Part shown: positions 11,021-21,439 of the stretch, piece after piece | Numbering within the stretch: the first letter of the stretch is position 1 | Layout: each line of letters opens with the position of its first letter | Assembly: GCA_046290225.1 (NCBI GenBank) | Contig: JBKAGE010000070.1 | Span: 128,001 to 192,000 of the forward strand | Origin: Bradymonadia bacterium | GTDB lineage: Bacteria; Myxococcota_A; Bradymonadia; UBA7976; UBA1532 | DNA: 64,000 nucleotides | Direction of reading: 5' to 3' | Position numbers and translations under genes: made by a program | Notes under the pieces: generated by a model | What the model was told of the DNA's origin: nothing | The model's input: the letters and a program-made list of their open reading frames with translations, nothing else | Databases searched by the model: none

Positions 11021-12184
11021 TCAGCGGGTGATGTCAACGGCGCTCAGGGTGAGGCCGAGGTGGTGGGCGAAGGCCTGAGCTTCAGCTTCGACTTCGGGCA
11101 TCAAGCTGTCTCTCCACAGGCTCAGGGGGCTCACGGTCACCGACACCGTCTTCCCCTTCTTCTTGTGGCTCCAGGTGGCGGCGATCTGCCCTTCGGCGAT
11201 CACCGTGGCCGACACCACCGCCGCTCGCTTCCAGACCAGGGACTCTTCTGCAGCATTGGGCAGAATCAGCCCCTTGTCCTTGTGACCCATGAGGGCGGTG
11301 TCGTACGCCGGCAGCAGCCGCGTGGGCCACGGGCCCACCGGCGCCTGCAGCGCCTCGACGTCGGGCCGCAGCACCATCAGCTCGCTGCGATCACCACATC
11401 GACACCACACCACCTCGCCAGCGAAGGCTTTGCCCCACTTTCTCACCTCGCTGATCTTGGCGCCGAGGTGGTAGGCGATGTCTCTGAGACTCGCGGGGCC
11501 AAAGGCAGACAGATAACGCAGGCCGATGCGTCCGTGGGCCTCGAAGACGCCGTATGGCGCCCACTTCAGATCCGGGCACCAGTGGCGCCGGTGCACATAG
11601 GCCTGGGTCGACCCCTGTTTTCGAGCGAAGACGATGTCGCCTCGCCGGGCCAGACACCAGATCAGCCGGGTGGCGGCGAAGTGAGCGGGCTTGCCCTGCA
11701 CCGCCGGATGATCCGTGAGCGTGTCGACGTATGCTTCAGGGATGTGAGGGATGAGATCTGCGCGGGTCATGGGCCCACCGTGGGCCTCGAAGACCTCGGC
11801 CATCTGCGCCACCACCGCCTCGTCCGGGAACCCACCGCGGCGCCCGGAAGTGGCCCACGCCTGGCTGCCGGCATTCATCAGGGGTAAATCGCGCTGATCA
11901 TAGAGGTGCAGGGTGCCGCGCTGGCCCCAGGTGCGCACCAGCGGGTGTGTTCCCTCGGCGATGAGGGCGGTGAGGGCCGCAGCAGTGGGTCGGTGCCCAT
12001 CTGCGTCAGGGGCGGTGCGCATGCTCAACGCGTGGAGCGCGCACGACTCCACCTGGGCCTGGGCCCCGAGGATTTTGCGCGCGCACTGCACGGGATCAGC
12101 AGCGCCCGGGCCTACGAGGAAGCCGCGCTGGGCGCGAAAATACCTGAGCTGCTCAGGGGTGATGGTCAAAGTCGCCGGGGGCAC
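11021..12184 (-). CDS. AlkZ-like (HTH_42) winged-helix DNA glycosylase family protein
   Basis: GAQAQ motif, RTWGQRGTLHL, RYLSAFGPASLRD and RLLPAYD. Confidence 0.8.
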   Translation of the reverse strand: MPPATLTITPEQLRYFRAQRGFLVGPGAADPVQCARKILGAQAQVESCALHALSMRTAPDADGHRPTAAALTALIAEGTHPLVRTWGQRGTLHLYDQRDLPLMNAGSQAWATSGRRGGFPDEAVVAQMAEVFEAHGGPMTRADLIPHIPEAYVDTLTDHPAVQGKPAHFAATRLIWCLARRGDIVFARKQGSTQAYVHRRHWCPDLKWAPYGVFEAHGRIGLRYLSAFGPASLRDIAYHLGAKISEVRKWGKAFAGEVVWCRCGDRSELMVLRPDVEALQAPVGPWPTRLLPAYDTALMGHKDKGLILPNAAEESLVWKRAAVVSATVIAEGQIAATWSHKKKGKTVSVTVSPLSLWRDSLMPEVEAEAQAFAHHLGLTLSAVDITR

Positions 12185-12403
12185 GAGACACCTCTTTGCT
12201 GTTCATTTGCGCAGTGTCTTACAGCGCAGCCCCCACCGCAATCCTTCCGCCTGCTCCAGAGCCCTCGGTGGGCTCGTTCAAGGCCAGGGCGCCGAGGGAC
12301 TCGTCAGCTCGGAAAATCGCATCACCCTGGCGGTGGCCCGTGATCCTGCGATAGGAGGGGGCGACGTGACCTTCTATTGGGTGGCCTCGATGGAGTCTGA
12401 GCC

Positions 12404-15004
12404 ATGACCGAGCCGGTGCAGTTCGTCGTCCTCAAATTCGGTGGCACCAGCGTGGCCACCGCCGATCGCTGGCGCACCATCGCCGACCTCGTCCGCCAGC
12501 GGCAGGCAGAGGGTTTGATCCCGGTGGTGGTGTGCTCGGCCCTCTCAGGCATCTCCGATTTGCTGCAGCGTCTGCTCGACGACGCCCTCGCGGAGCGGCA
12601 CACAGAGACCCTCGCAGAGATCGAGGCCCGCCACGCTGCCCTCGCCGAGGCCCTCGGCCTCGAGGGTTTGCCAGCGGAGGTCCGCTCTGCTCACGCGCTG
12701 TTGGAGCGGCTCACCCTCGGGGCCTCGCTCGCCGGTGAGTACACACCCCGCATGCAGGCCCGGGTCATGGCCCAGGGCGAGCTGATGTCCACGCAACTCG
12801 GGGCTGCGTGGCTCAGCGCCTCTGGTGTTCAGGTCACCTGGGTCGACGCCCGAAGCTGTCTGAGCACTGCCGCAGACCCGGATCGTCCGCTCGCGGCGCG
12901 TTACCTCGACGCCCGGGTGGAGGATCACGCCGACGAGGCCCTGGCTGCGCGCCTGAGCGCATACAAGGCAGTCATCACCCAGGGCTTCATCGCCGCGGGT
13001 CCTGGCGGCGAGACCGCCTTGCTCGGCCGCGGCGGCTCGGACACCTCGGGGGCGCTCTTCACGGCCCGGTTGTCTCCAAAGGTGGCGCGGCTCGAGATCT
13101 GGACCGACGTGCCGGGGGTATACACAGCCAACCCCCGAGAGGTGCCCGACGCCCGCCTCCTGACCCGGCTCGACTACGACGAGGCCCAGGAGATCGCCAC
13201 CGCCGGCGCCAAGGTACTGCACCCCCGCAGCCTCGGTCCGGTGCGGCGCCACGGTGTACCTCTGCACTTGAAGTGCACCCCCCGCCCCGAGCTGCCTGGC
13301 ACGGTCATCGCCGCCCAGGGGGCCGCTGGCGCCGAGGTCAAGGCCATCGCCCTGCGCAAGGGGGTGGCTCTGGTGTCGATGAACACCCTCGGCATGTGGC
13401 AGCAGGTCGGGTTCCTCGCGGACATCTTCGGAGCGTTCAAACGCCACGGCGCCAGCGTCGATCTGGTGAGCACCAGCGAGTCGAACGTCACCGCCAGCCT
13501 CGACGCCGGGCAAGCAGGTGTGGATCTCGACGCGCTGCTCGCCGATCTCAACGACCTGTGTGCCGCGAGGCTGATCACGGGCTGCGCTGCCATCAGCCTG
13601 GTGGGTCGGCGCATCCGGGCGATTCTGCACCGTCTGGGCCCCGCCCTCTCGGCCTTTGAAGAGCAGCGCATTCACATGGTGGCTCAGGCGGCGAGCGATC
13701 TGAACCTCACCCTGGTGGTGGACGAGCGCTCGGCCGACACGGCGATGCAGCGCTTGCACGGTCTGCTCTTCGGTGAAGGCGCGCCCCGGCCGGGCCTCGG
13801 CCCCACCTGGCGCGAGATCTTCGCCCCTGCACAGGGCGCAGCGCCGACGCCAGACACCACCGCCTCCACCTCTGAGGTCTGGTGGCGACGAGAGACAGAG
13901 GCGCTGCTCCAGCTCGCCACCGAGCAGACCCCGACGTACGTCTACAGCTCTGCGGAGCTACAAGCCTCTGCTCAGGCCCTCACCTCGCTGAGCCACGTCG
14001 ATCGCGTGCTCTACGCCATCAAAGCCAATGATCACCCCGAGGTGTTGCAGCACCTCGCTGCTGGCGGCGTGCAGGGCTTCGAGTGTGTCAGCGTCGGCGA
14101 GCTCGACCACCTCGCCAGCGCCCTGCCGAGCTGGCCAGCCGCTCAGACCCTCTTCACCTCGAACTTCGCCAGCAAGGACGAACTCGCCGAGGGCATCCGT
14201 CGAGGTGGCATGATCACCATCGACGCCTTGCACCCGCTGCAGACCTGGCCCGAGATCTTCGCGGGTCGCGAGATCATGTTGCGGCTCGATCCAGGACGTG
14301 GTCAGGGACACCACGCCCACGTGCGCACCGCAGGGCCCCAGAGCAAGTTCGGCATCTCCCCGGCACACGTAGAAGCCGCAGTGGCCGCGGCGAGGGCTGC
14401 GGGGGCGAAGATCACGGGCCTGCACGCCCACGCTGGCAGCGGCATCCTCGACGGCACGAGCTGGCAGCACACGGCCCTGTTCCTTGCCGAGGCCGCCCGG
14501 GCCTGCCCCGAAGCCCGAGTGCTTGATCTCGGCGGCGGCCTCGGCGTCGTGGAGAAGCCCGGTCAGCGCCCCCTCGACCTGCAACAGCTCGACGAGACCC
14601 TGGGGCAGTTCAAAGCCGCCCATCCGGGCTTCGATCTCTGGCTCGAGCCCGGACGATTCCTCGTGGCCACCGCGGGGGTGATCCTCACCCGGGTGACGCA
14701 GATCAAGACCAAGGGCGATCGCCGCTACATCGGCGTCGATGCAGGCATGCACACCCTCATCCGCCCGGCGCTGTACGGGGCATGGCATCAGATCGTGAAC
14801 CTGAGTAAGCTCGGTGCCCCCCTGGATTGGCGGGCCAACATCGTGGGGCCAATTTGCGAGACGGGCGACACGCTGGGTCGGGATCGGGCGCTCCCCGTCA
14901 CCGAGGAAGGCGATGTGTTGCTCATCGCCACCGCTGGGGCATACGGCAGGGTGATGTCGTCGGATTACAACCGTCGAGGGTGGGCACGAGAGGTGATGCT
15001 GTAA
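12404..15004 (+). CDS. lysC-lysA: Bifunctional aspartate kinase / diaminopimelate decarboxylase
   Basis: VLKFGGTSV, LGRGGSD, WTDVPG and ACT domains, then YAIKAN, HAHAGSG, DLGGG, EPGRF and GPICETGD. Confidence 0.95.
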   Translation: MTEPVQFVVLKFGGTSVATADRWRTIADLVRQRQAEGLIPVVVCSALSGISDLLQRLLDDALAERHTETLAEIEARHAALAEALGLEGLPAEVRSAHALLERLTLGASLAGEYTPRMQARVMAQGELMSTQLGAAWLSASGVQVTWVDARSCLSTAADPDRPLAARYLDARVEDHADEALAARLSAYKAVITQGFIAAGPGGETALLGRGGSDTSGALFTARLSPKVARLEIWTDVPGVYTANPREVPDARLLTRLDYDEAQEIATAGAKVLHPRSLGPVRRHGVPLHLKCTPRPELPGTVIAAQGAAGAEVKAIALRKGVALVSMNTLGMWQQVGFLADIFGAFKRHGASVDLVSTSESNVTASLDAGQAGVDLDALLADLNDLCAARLITGCAAISLVGRRIRAILHRLGPALSAFEEQRIHMVAQAASDLNLTLVVDERSADTAMQRLHGLLFGEGAPRPGLGPTWREIFAPAQGAAPTPDTTASTSEVWWRRETEALLQLATEQTPTYVYSSAELQASAQALTSLSHVDRVLYAIKANDHPEVLQHLAAGGVQGFECVSVGELDHLASALPSWPAAQTLFTSNFASKDELAEGIRRGGMITIDALHPLQTWPEIFAGREIMLRLDPGRGQGHHAHVRTAGPQSKFGISPAHVEAAVAAARAAGAKITGLHAHAGSGILDGTSWQHTALFLAEAARACPEARVLDLGGGLGVVEKPGQRPLDLQQLDETLGQFKAAHPGFDLWLEPGRFLVATAGVILTRVTQIKTKGDRRYIGVDAGMHTLIRPALYGAWHQIVNLSKLGAPLDWRANIVGPICETGDTLGRDRALPVTEEGDVLLIATAGAYGRVMSSDYNRRGWAREVML

Positions 15005-15019
15005 GAAGCCCTCTGAGGC

Positions 15020-18000
15020 TCAGCCGTTGAGCGCCACCAGCTCGGGCGGCGCCGCCGCGCCCACAGTCGACAGCATCGCTTCTGCTCTCAATCGATCGGT
15101 GGCACCGTCACCGGCCTTGATCGTGTCTCGGGCCACCCCCAACACCCCCAACGCCAGGGCCTGAACCACGGGGTTCTGGGTGTTGTCGGTGAAGTTCGCC
15201 AGGCGCGTCGTCACCCGCTTGGCGCCATCACTCACCAGCTCCCCACAGGCCGTGAGGATCTCCAGCCAGCTCTCCGGCGTGGGCACGGCCCGGCGGAGAG
15301 GACGAAGCATGTCGACCAGCTGTCCGCGGGCGGCGCTGGTCACCGCTTTCTCACCACGGCGCCAGGCCTGCAAGGCCATGACTGCATGGGCCCGAGCCAT
15401 GAGCAGGATCACCTCACCGGCGGGCTCGCGGCGGGCCACCATGGGCTCGAGGGCGCCATCGTCCCGCAGGGCTCGAAGCGTGCGGATCGCCAGCTCCGGT
15501 GCCCCCTCGTGCAAGGCCAGCCGGGCTCGGGCGAGGCTGAGCCAGACCTGAGGCTGCGCCGCCGGCGCGTCGGACCAGACCGCTTCACCCTCGTCGAGCA
15601 GCCGGGCCGCGAGCAGAGGCGCGCCCGCGGCCATGTGCACGTTGGCCATCAAGGTGCAGGCCTGAGCCAGCCCCCCATAAAGCTTTCGGCCGCGGGCCTC
15701 TCTCAGCAGGCTCCGGGCCAGCTCTCGCGCCTGGGGCAGACGACCCAGCTGAAGGGCCAGCACACCCTGAGCCAGGCGCACGCGGTAGGCGTTGAGATCG
15801 TAGGCGGTCATGCCGTGGGTGTCGTTGGAGAGCAGAAGCTCCAACCCACGCAGGGCCTCGTCGAGGCGGCCCTCGGCCTGTCGAACGGAGACCTCGGAGA
15901 GGGCTTGCGCGGCCACATAGGCCCGAGCCTCGGCCCCTTGCAGGCGATCAGCGCCCTCCTGGGCTTTCTTCAGCAGCCGCGCGGCACGAGAGACCGAGCG
16001 CTGGCGGTTCTCACCAGAGAGCAACCGGGCCCTGACCAGACGGGCGAAAGGCGAGTCTGCCTGCCCGAGCATCTCGCCGGCGCGGATCGGATCGAGCGGC
16101 GTCAGCAAATCGGCGAGGCGCACGCGGGCGTCGGCGTCGGTCACCTGATCCAGACGGGGGGCCACCACCTTGAGGTGTCCGGCCATGAGGTGCAGCTCGA
16201 GCTGCCGGGCCATCCACCGATCCCGCTCGTGCCCTTTCTGATGTGCCACCAGAGGCTCGAGGGCCTGGGCCGCGTCTTCGTAACGACCGATCTCCGTCAG
16301 GGCTGCTACGAGCCGGCTGCGCACCTGCTCGACATCGACACCTTCAGGGGGCTGTTCAAGGACCAGATTCAGCCACTCGGCGGTCCGCTCTGGCTGAGCT
16401 CGACGCTCGCTCTCCTGCGAAGCCTGAAGCGCAAACTCCGCCGCCCGCTCCGAGGTGCCTGCGGCATCGAAGTGGAACGACACCGCCTCGACTGGGCCAC
16501 CCACGGCGGAATACGCCTCGGCGAGCAGACGGTGTACTTGCGCCTTGAGCGCCGGGCTCAAAGCCTCTTGGGCCACCTGCTTCAAACGCTGATGCGGCAT
16601 GCGCAACACCAGCCCGCCCTCGCGGGACTCCACATGGAGCATCGCCATGGCCGCCATGCGATCGATGGCCTCGTACAGGCGGGAGGGCGGCAGCTCGGTG
16701 GCATGCTCCAATACCGCTGAAGGCACCGGGAACGGGCTCAACGACACCGCCGCCATCACCCGGCGCCCCGGGCCATCGAGGGACACGATCTCGTTGCGCA
16801 GCAGCTGCTCCAGGCTCACGTGGGCCGAAGACTGCCCCGGATAGCGCTTGAGGAACCTCACCAGCTCCGAGAGGTAGTAGGGGTTGCCCTCCGACTCCTC
16901 GTGCAGCTGCTGGATCACGGTGGGGGCCGGCTCTTCGCCCAGAGCACCGCCGAGCATGGCCTCGGTCTCCACGAGGGAGAGCGGATCGAGCACGAGGTGA
17001 TGACCCGCCTCACTCACCTCTGCCATCTCCATCAGCGCCTGCACCGCCGGCGTCACCCGCGTGCCGTCCACGGAGAGCAGCAGCATGATGGGCATACGGC
17101 GGATGTCTTGCTGGAGCGCCTCCACGAGCTGCACCGTCAGCGGATCGGCAAAATGCAAGTCGTCGATCATCACGATGAGCAGGCGATCTCTCGCCAACCC
17201 TGCGATGAGGGTTTTGAGGGCCAGGGCCGCGGCACCTTCGTCGGGCTCTGCGCCAGGGGGCGAAAGCGGCAAGTCTTCAGGGAGAAGATCGGTGAGGAAC
17301 GGGAACACCTCGATGAGACGCCCACGCTGCCCGGCAGGCAGCTGCCTGATCAGCTCGCTCGCCTGTCGGCGATACCCTTCGGCGAGGCGCTCCACCACCG
17401 TATCGAGGCCTCGGGCAGGCACGTGATCGCGCTGCACACAGGCTCCCATCACCGCAGCTGCGCCATACAGCTTCGCCTCGGCTGCAAAGGCTTTGAGCAA
17501 GGCTGTGCGGCCGGCGCCGGGCGTACCCTCGACAAAGACCACCTGACCCGCTTGCGCGCTCCGGATCGACTCCACCGTGGAGATCAGAGTCTTGCGCAGC
17601 GTGCGCCGGCCCACGAACTCGAAGCTGTCGGCCGAGATCTCTGCCTCGACCTCACCCCCGAGCATCTCGATGGCCTCTCGAGCCCCCGGCCGAGCCTCGG
17701 GCGCCTTGGACAGCAGTGCCATGCACAGGCGATCGAGATCGTTGGGCAGCCCCGGGGCCCGCTCCCTGAGAGAGGGCGGATCCTTCCGGTGGTGCATCAC
17801 CAGGATCTCGTTGTCGTCGTCGCCATAGAAAGGCGGCTGCCCCGCGAGCATCTCGTAGAGCACCACTCCAGCGGCGTAGAGATCGCTCGCCGGGGTGATC
17901 TTCGTCGAGCCGATGGACTGCTCCGGGCTCATGTAGATCGCCGTGCCGAAGACCTGCGAAGGTTGCGGCTCGCCGGGGTGCACCTCGTTGAGCTCTCGCA

Positions 18001-18514
18001 CGATGCCGAAGTCGAGCAGCTGCACCCTGCCGGTGGTGTCCACGAGAATATTTGAGGGCTTGATGTCGCTGTGGACTCGACCGTGCTCGTGTAGATAGGC
18101 CAGCGCCATCAACAGCTGAATGAAGGTGTCGCGCAGGCGCTGAATACGGCCTGGATGCACCAGCGCCTGCTGGAGCATGTGTGGATCGGCAGGCAACCCC
18201 TGGGGGCCATCGATGTATCGAGTGAGATCGGTGCCTTCCACCAGATCCATCGTGTAGAAATAGCGGCCGTCTTCCAGGTGCAGATCGTAGAGCTGCACGA
18301 GGTTGTGGTGGCTCAACCGGGCGATGGCCCGGAACTCTCGCTTGAAGTAGCGCAGCGCTTGAGGCCAGTGGGCCTGGAGCACCTTCAGGGCCAGCTCTCG
18401 ACGACGCACCGGGTCGAAGACGCGGTACACCTCACCCATACCCCCACCGCCGATGGCGTCGCGGATCTCGTAGCGACCGATCGTCGAAGGAACGGGTGCG
18501 GATTGTCCTTCCAT
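15020..18514 (-). CDS. Ser/Thr protein kinase with AAA ATPase and helical C-terminal domain
   Basis: IGGGGMGEVY, LALK, HSDIKPSN, DFG and YMSPEQ; then GTPGAGRT, MIDDLHFAD and SEGNPYY; start taken at ATG 18514. Confidence 0.9.
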   Translation of the reverse strand: MEGQSAPVPSTIGRYEIRDAIGGGGMGEVYRVFDPVRRRELALKVLQAHWPQALRYFKREFRAIARLSHHNLVQLYDLHLEDGRYFYTMDLVEGTDLTRYIDGPQGLPADPHMLQQALVHPGRIQRLRDTFIQLLMALAYLHEHGRVHSDIKPSNILVDTTGRVQLLDFGIVRELNEVHPGEPQPSQVFGTAIYMSPEQSIGSTKITPASDLYAAGVVLYEMLAGQPPFYGDDDNEILVMHHRKDPPSLRERAPGLPNDLDRLCMALLSKAPEARPGAREAIEMLGGEVEAEISADSFEFVGRRTLRKTLISTVESIRSAQAGQVVFVEGTPGAGRTALLKAFAAEAKLYGAAAVMGACVQRDHVPARGLDTVVERLAEGYRRQASELIRQLPAGQRGRLIEVFPFLTDLLPEDLPLSPPGAEPDEGAAALALKTLIAGLARDRLLIVMIDDLHFADPLTVQLVEALQQDIRRMPIMLLLSVDGTRVTPAVQALMEMAEVSEAGHHLVLDPLSLVETEAMLGGALGEEPAPTVIQQLHEESEGNPYYLSELVRFLKRYPGQSSAHVSLEQLLRNEIVSLDGPGRRVMAAVSLSPFPVPSAVLEHATELPPSRLYEAIDRMAAMAMLHVESREGGLVLRMPHQRLKQVAQEALSPALKAQVHRLLAEAYSAVGGPVEAVSFHFDAAGTSERAAEFALQASQESERRAQPERTAEWLNLVLEQPPEGVDVEQVRSRLVAALTEIGRYEDAAQALEPLVAHQKGHERDRWMARQLELHLMAGHLKVVAPRLDQVTDADARVRLADLLTPLDPIRAGEMLGQADSPFARLVRARLLSGENRQRSVSRAARLLKKAQEGADRLQGAEARAYVAAQALSEVSVRQAEGRLDEALRGLELLLSNDTHGMTAYDLNAYRVRLAQGVLALQLGRLPQARELARSLLREARGRKLYGGLAQACTLMANVHMAAGAPLLAARLLDEGEAVWSDAPAAQPQVWLSLARARLALHEGAPELAIRTLRALRDDGALEPMVARREPAGEVILLMARAHAVMALQAWRRGEKAVTSAARGQLVDMLRPLRRAVPTPESWLEILTACGELVSDGAKRVTTRLANFTDNTQNPVVQALALGVLGVARDTIKAGDGATDRLRAEAMLSTVGAAAPPELVALNG

Positions 18515-18650
18515 GTCACCTGCGTGGGTCGAGGGGCCATTCACGTGCCAGCTCCGATGTTCGACCCTTCGTTCGACCTCTCGGCGGCCAGCTGCTCGAT
18601 GTTTTCTAGTATCACAAGAGCACATGACCGGGGGCAGGTTATTCCACGCC

Positions 18651-19064
18651 TCATGGGGCGGTGTCCTGACTCAGCTCATATGCGGGGCCACCCTGGGTGT
18701 GCTTGAAGCGCAGGCGACCTTCAGGTGTGAGGTGATAGACCAGCTCCCCAGCAGGCTCTCCTTCTTCGGTGAGCAGCTTGATGCGATTGGCCCCTTTAAA
18801 GGCATATCGGCCCGCAGCGCGGCGGGTCTTGCACGGCGGCAGCTCACAGGGCAGCGGCTGCTCCCAGTCGTACCAGCCCTTCGGATGCAACATGAGGCTG
18901 TGGCGCTCACCCACCCAGCGCCCGATGGGGTTCTCTTGCGCCCCCTCCAAGCCCTGTGTGCCCTCGCCGCTCGCAGCAGTCTGACCCCCACCACACCCGG
19001 CGAGGGTCATCGCCCCAGCAAAGACGAACCACGTGAGCGCGCGTGCTCCATAAAATACGTTCAT
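18651..19064 (-). CDS. Lipoprotein of unknown function
   Basis: Lipobox TLAGC; CELPPC motif; start taken at ATG 19064. Confidence 0.65.
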   Translation of the reverse strand: MNVFYGARALTWFVFAGAMTLAGCGGGQTAASGEGTQGLEGAQENPIGRWVGERHSLMLHPKGWYDWEQPLPCELPPCKTRRAAGRYAFKGANRIKLLTEEGEPAGELVYHLTPEGRLRFKHTQGGPAYELSQDTAP

Positions 19065-19289
19065 TGGTGCAACCACCTTCGACAGTCTGCGTCTCTCAGA
19101 CAGCACGTCAGCTCGCACCCGACGTGCTGTGCGTGGGGTTGGGACATTCATGATCAACGCCGTTGATCATCGACAATCTTTCGAGCGCGATGGAACATCA
19201 GCTCCGACTCGCCACTCCTCCCCCCGATGCTTCATTGAGCCCGATGGTGGTGTCGATGTCCCGTCCCCGCGCCTTCTCCCTCTCTGATG

Positions 19290-19310
19290 CGACATCATGG
19301 CCTCGTGTCG
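19290..19310. promoter_or_regulatory. CGACA-N11-TGTCG palindrome upstream of the sigma54 activator gene
   Basis: CGACATCATGGCCTCGTGTCG; the same motif and spacing recur at 22537-22557. Confidence 0.5.
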
Positions 19311-19419
19311 ACTGACTGCACCTGATGCACACAACGTCACACATTGTAGTTTGGCATCAAAGTCATGACAACCCCGGAGAACATCGCGCTTTGTGGTCAA
19401 TCACGGTAATCAAAGAACC

Positions 19420-20418
19420 ATGAGTACGACGTTGCATCGACGCCCTGCCCGTTCGATCACCGAATTCATGGGGATGGCCACTGTCTCCCCTCAAATGTTG
19501 GAGTTCTTCGAACTGCTCAAGCGGGTGGCTCGAACCGACGCATCAATCCTCATCCGAGGCGAGACGGGCACCGGTAAAGAGCTGGTCGCCCGGGCGCTGC
19601 ATCGACTCGGGCCGCGCCACAAGGCGCCCTTCAAGGCCCTCAACTGCGCCACCCTCACCCCGGAGCTGCTCGCCAGCGAGCTGTTCGGTCATGTTCGGGG
19701 GGCCTTCACCGGGGCCTACCGCGATCGACAGGGCCTCTTCGCCCTCGCCCACAAAGGGAGCGTGTTTCTCGACGAAATCGCCGAGCTGCCCCTCGAGCTC
19801 CAGGCCCGGCTGCTCCGCGTGCTGCAAGAGAAGAGCTTCACCCCCGTGGGCGGCGCCGAGGCGATTCAGGTCGACGTGCGGGTGCTCTCGGCCACCCACC
19901 GCGCGTTGCGTGAAGAGGTGGCTCAGCGTCGGTTCCGAGAAGACTTGATGTACCGCGTGCGGGTGGTGCCTCTGTTCCTGCCCCGACTCGCCGATCGTAC
20001 AGGCGACATCGAGGCGCTCACGTGGCACTTCATCGACCGCTTCAATCAACCCACCCCTGGATCAGGCTTCCACGGTGATCGTGTCATCGACGCCATTGAC
20101 GACGATGCCCTGTCGGCCCTGCTCAGTTACGACTGGCCAGGCAACATTCGCGAGCTGCGAAATGTCGTGGAGCACGCCTTCGCCGTCGGTGAGGGGCCAG
20201 TGCTCAGCCTGGGAGATCTCACCCCGGAGCTGCGAGGCGAGCCACCCCCCATCGGGCACCGCGAGCCCCTCAACGCCGCAGAGTTGGAGCGGGCGCAGCT
20301 GCTCAGCGCCCTGAGAGAAGCCCGAGGTCGAAAGGCCCGGGCAGCGGAGATTCTCGGCATCAGCCGCTCGACGCTCTGGCGCAAGCTCAGAGAGCACCGC
20401 ATCGAGCCGGCGAAGTAG
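19420..20418 (+). CDS. Sigma54 enhancer-binding protein lacking an N-terminal sensor domain
   Basis: GETGTGKE within about 50 residues of the start, GAFTGA, FLDEI, WPGNIREL and HTH LGISRSTLWRKL. Confidence 0.92.
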   Translation: MSTTLHRRPARSITEFMGMATVSPQMLEFFELLKRVARTDASILIRGETGTGKELVARALHRLGPRHKAPFKALNCATLTPELLASELFGHVRGAFTGAYRDRQGLFALAHKGSVFLDEIAELPLELQARLLRVLQEKSFTPVGGAEAIQVDVRVLSATHRALREEVAQRRFREDLMYRVRVVPLFLPRLADRTGDIEALTWHFIDRFNQPTPGSGFHGDRVIDAIDDDALSALLSYDWPGNIRELRNVVEHAFAVGEGPVLSLGDLTPELRGEPPPIGHREPLNAAELERAQLLSALREARGRKARAAEILGISRSTLWRKLREHRIEPAK

Positions 20419-20424
20419 CCTGAC

Positions 20425-21306
20425 TCATCGCGCCTCGGGATCCTGAGCGAACAGGTTCAAAGGCACCTTGATGTAGCGCATCTCATTGGCCTCGGCCTTG
20501 GGCAGATGCCCAGCGTCCACGTTCACCTGCACACTGGGGAACAGCAGGTTCGGCGCCTTGAGCGTCTTGTCCCGAGCTTCGCGAAAGCCGACGTAGTCAG
20601 GTTCACTGGTGATGGCCTTCAGCTGAATATTGCTCGCCTTGCTCTCGCCGATGGTGGTCTCCCAGGCCACCTCTCGACCACCGGGCATGTAGTCGTGGCC
20701 CACGAAGACCCGGGTCTCGTTGGGCAAGGTGTAGAGGCGCTCGCTGATGGAGTGATACAGCGCCGTCGCGCTCCCTGAGGGGAAATCACAGCGACCCGTG
20801 CCGTAGTCGGGCATGAACAGGGCGTCGCCGGTGAAGACCGCGTCACCGATCAAGAACGAGGCGCATGCGGGTGTGTGGCCAGGTGTAAACAGGGTCTTGA
20901 TCTTCAGGCTGCCTGCCTCCACCACCTCGTCGTCGTCGAGCAGTCGGTCGAACTGACTGCCATCGACGGCGAAGTGATCTGGCAGGTTGAAGATGTGCTT
21001 AAAAACCTTCTGCACCTCTGTGATCCGAGCGCCGATGGCCACGAGCGTGCCTGGAAAGCGACCTTTGAGGCGTTGAGCACCGCTGAGATGATCAGCGTGG
21101 GCGTGGGTCTCGAGCACATAGTGCAGATGCAAACCCTCGCCCTCGAGGAAGCGGGTCAACAGGTCGAGGGACTCGCTGTAGGTTCGAGAGGCGCGTGGGT
21201 CGTAATCGAGGACTGGGTCGATCACCACAGCGTCACGGGTCGACACATCGTAGACCACATAGGTCACGGTAAAAGTGCGCTCGTCGAAGAAAGCTTTAAT
21301 CTCCAT
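20425..21306 (-). CDS. Persulfide dioxygenase-like (ETHE1/Blh) MBL-fold protein
   Basis: [43 protein letters not shown] and VGHDY; ATG 21306 after GAGGAG. Confidence 0.9.
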   Translation of the reverse strand: MEIKAFFDERTFTVTYVVYDVSTRDAVVIDPVLDYDPRASRTYSESLDLLTRFLEGEGLHLHYVLETHAHADHLSGAQRLKGRFPGTLVAIGARITEVQKVFKHIFNLPDHFAVDGSQFDRLLDDDEVVEAGSLKIKTLFTPGHTPACASFLIGDAVFTGDALFMPDYGTGRCDFPSGSATALYHSISERLYTLPNETRVFVGHDYMPGGREVAWETTIGESKASNIQLKAITSEPDYVGFREARDKTLKAPNLLFPSVQVNVDAGHLPKAEANEMRYIKVPLNLFAQDPEAR

Positions 21307-21439
21307 GGTCAACTCCTCGAAGGTGGACGTTGCTTTGATACACATGTCCTGTGCCACCTCAGGATGCTCTGAAGCACTCCACCAGATGGTTGGACAAGGT
21401 GAGCATTGAAGGACGGTCAGGGCAGCCTGCGGCTCTGGC

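Noticed and set aside
12250..12403. Canonical lysine riboswitch
   Set aside because: Only fragments (AGAG, CGCCGA, GGAG) resemble the L-box; conserved spacing and the AGUA/GAAAGG/CUGUC elements were not found. Kept only as an unclassified leader.
19350..19370. Sigma54 promoter TTGGCATCAAAGTCATG upstream of the activator gene (also TGGCACGCCTCGTATT near 26553)
   Set aside because: The -24 element is present but there is no GC at the -12 position.
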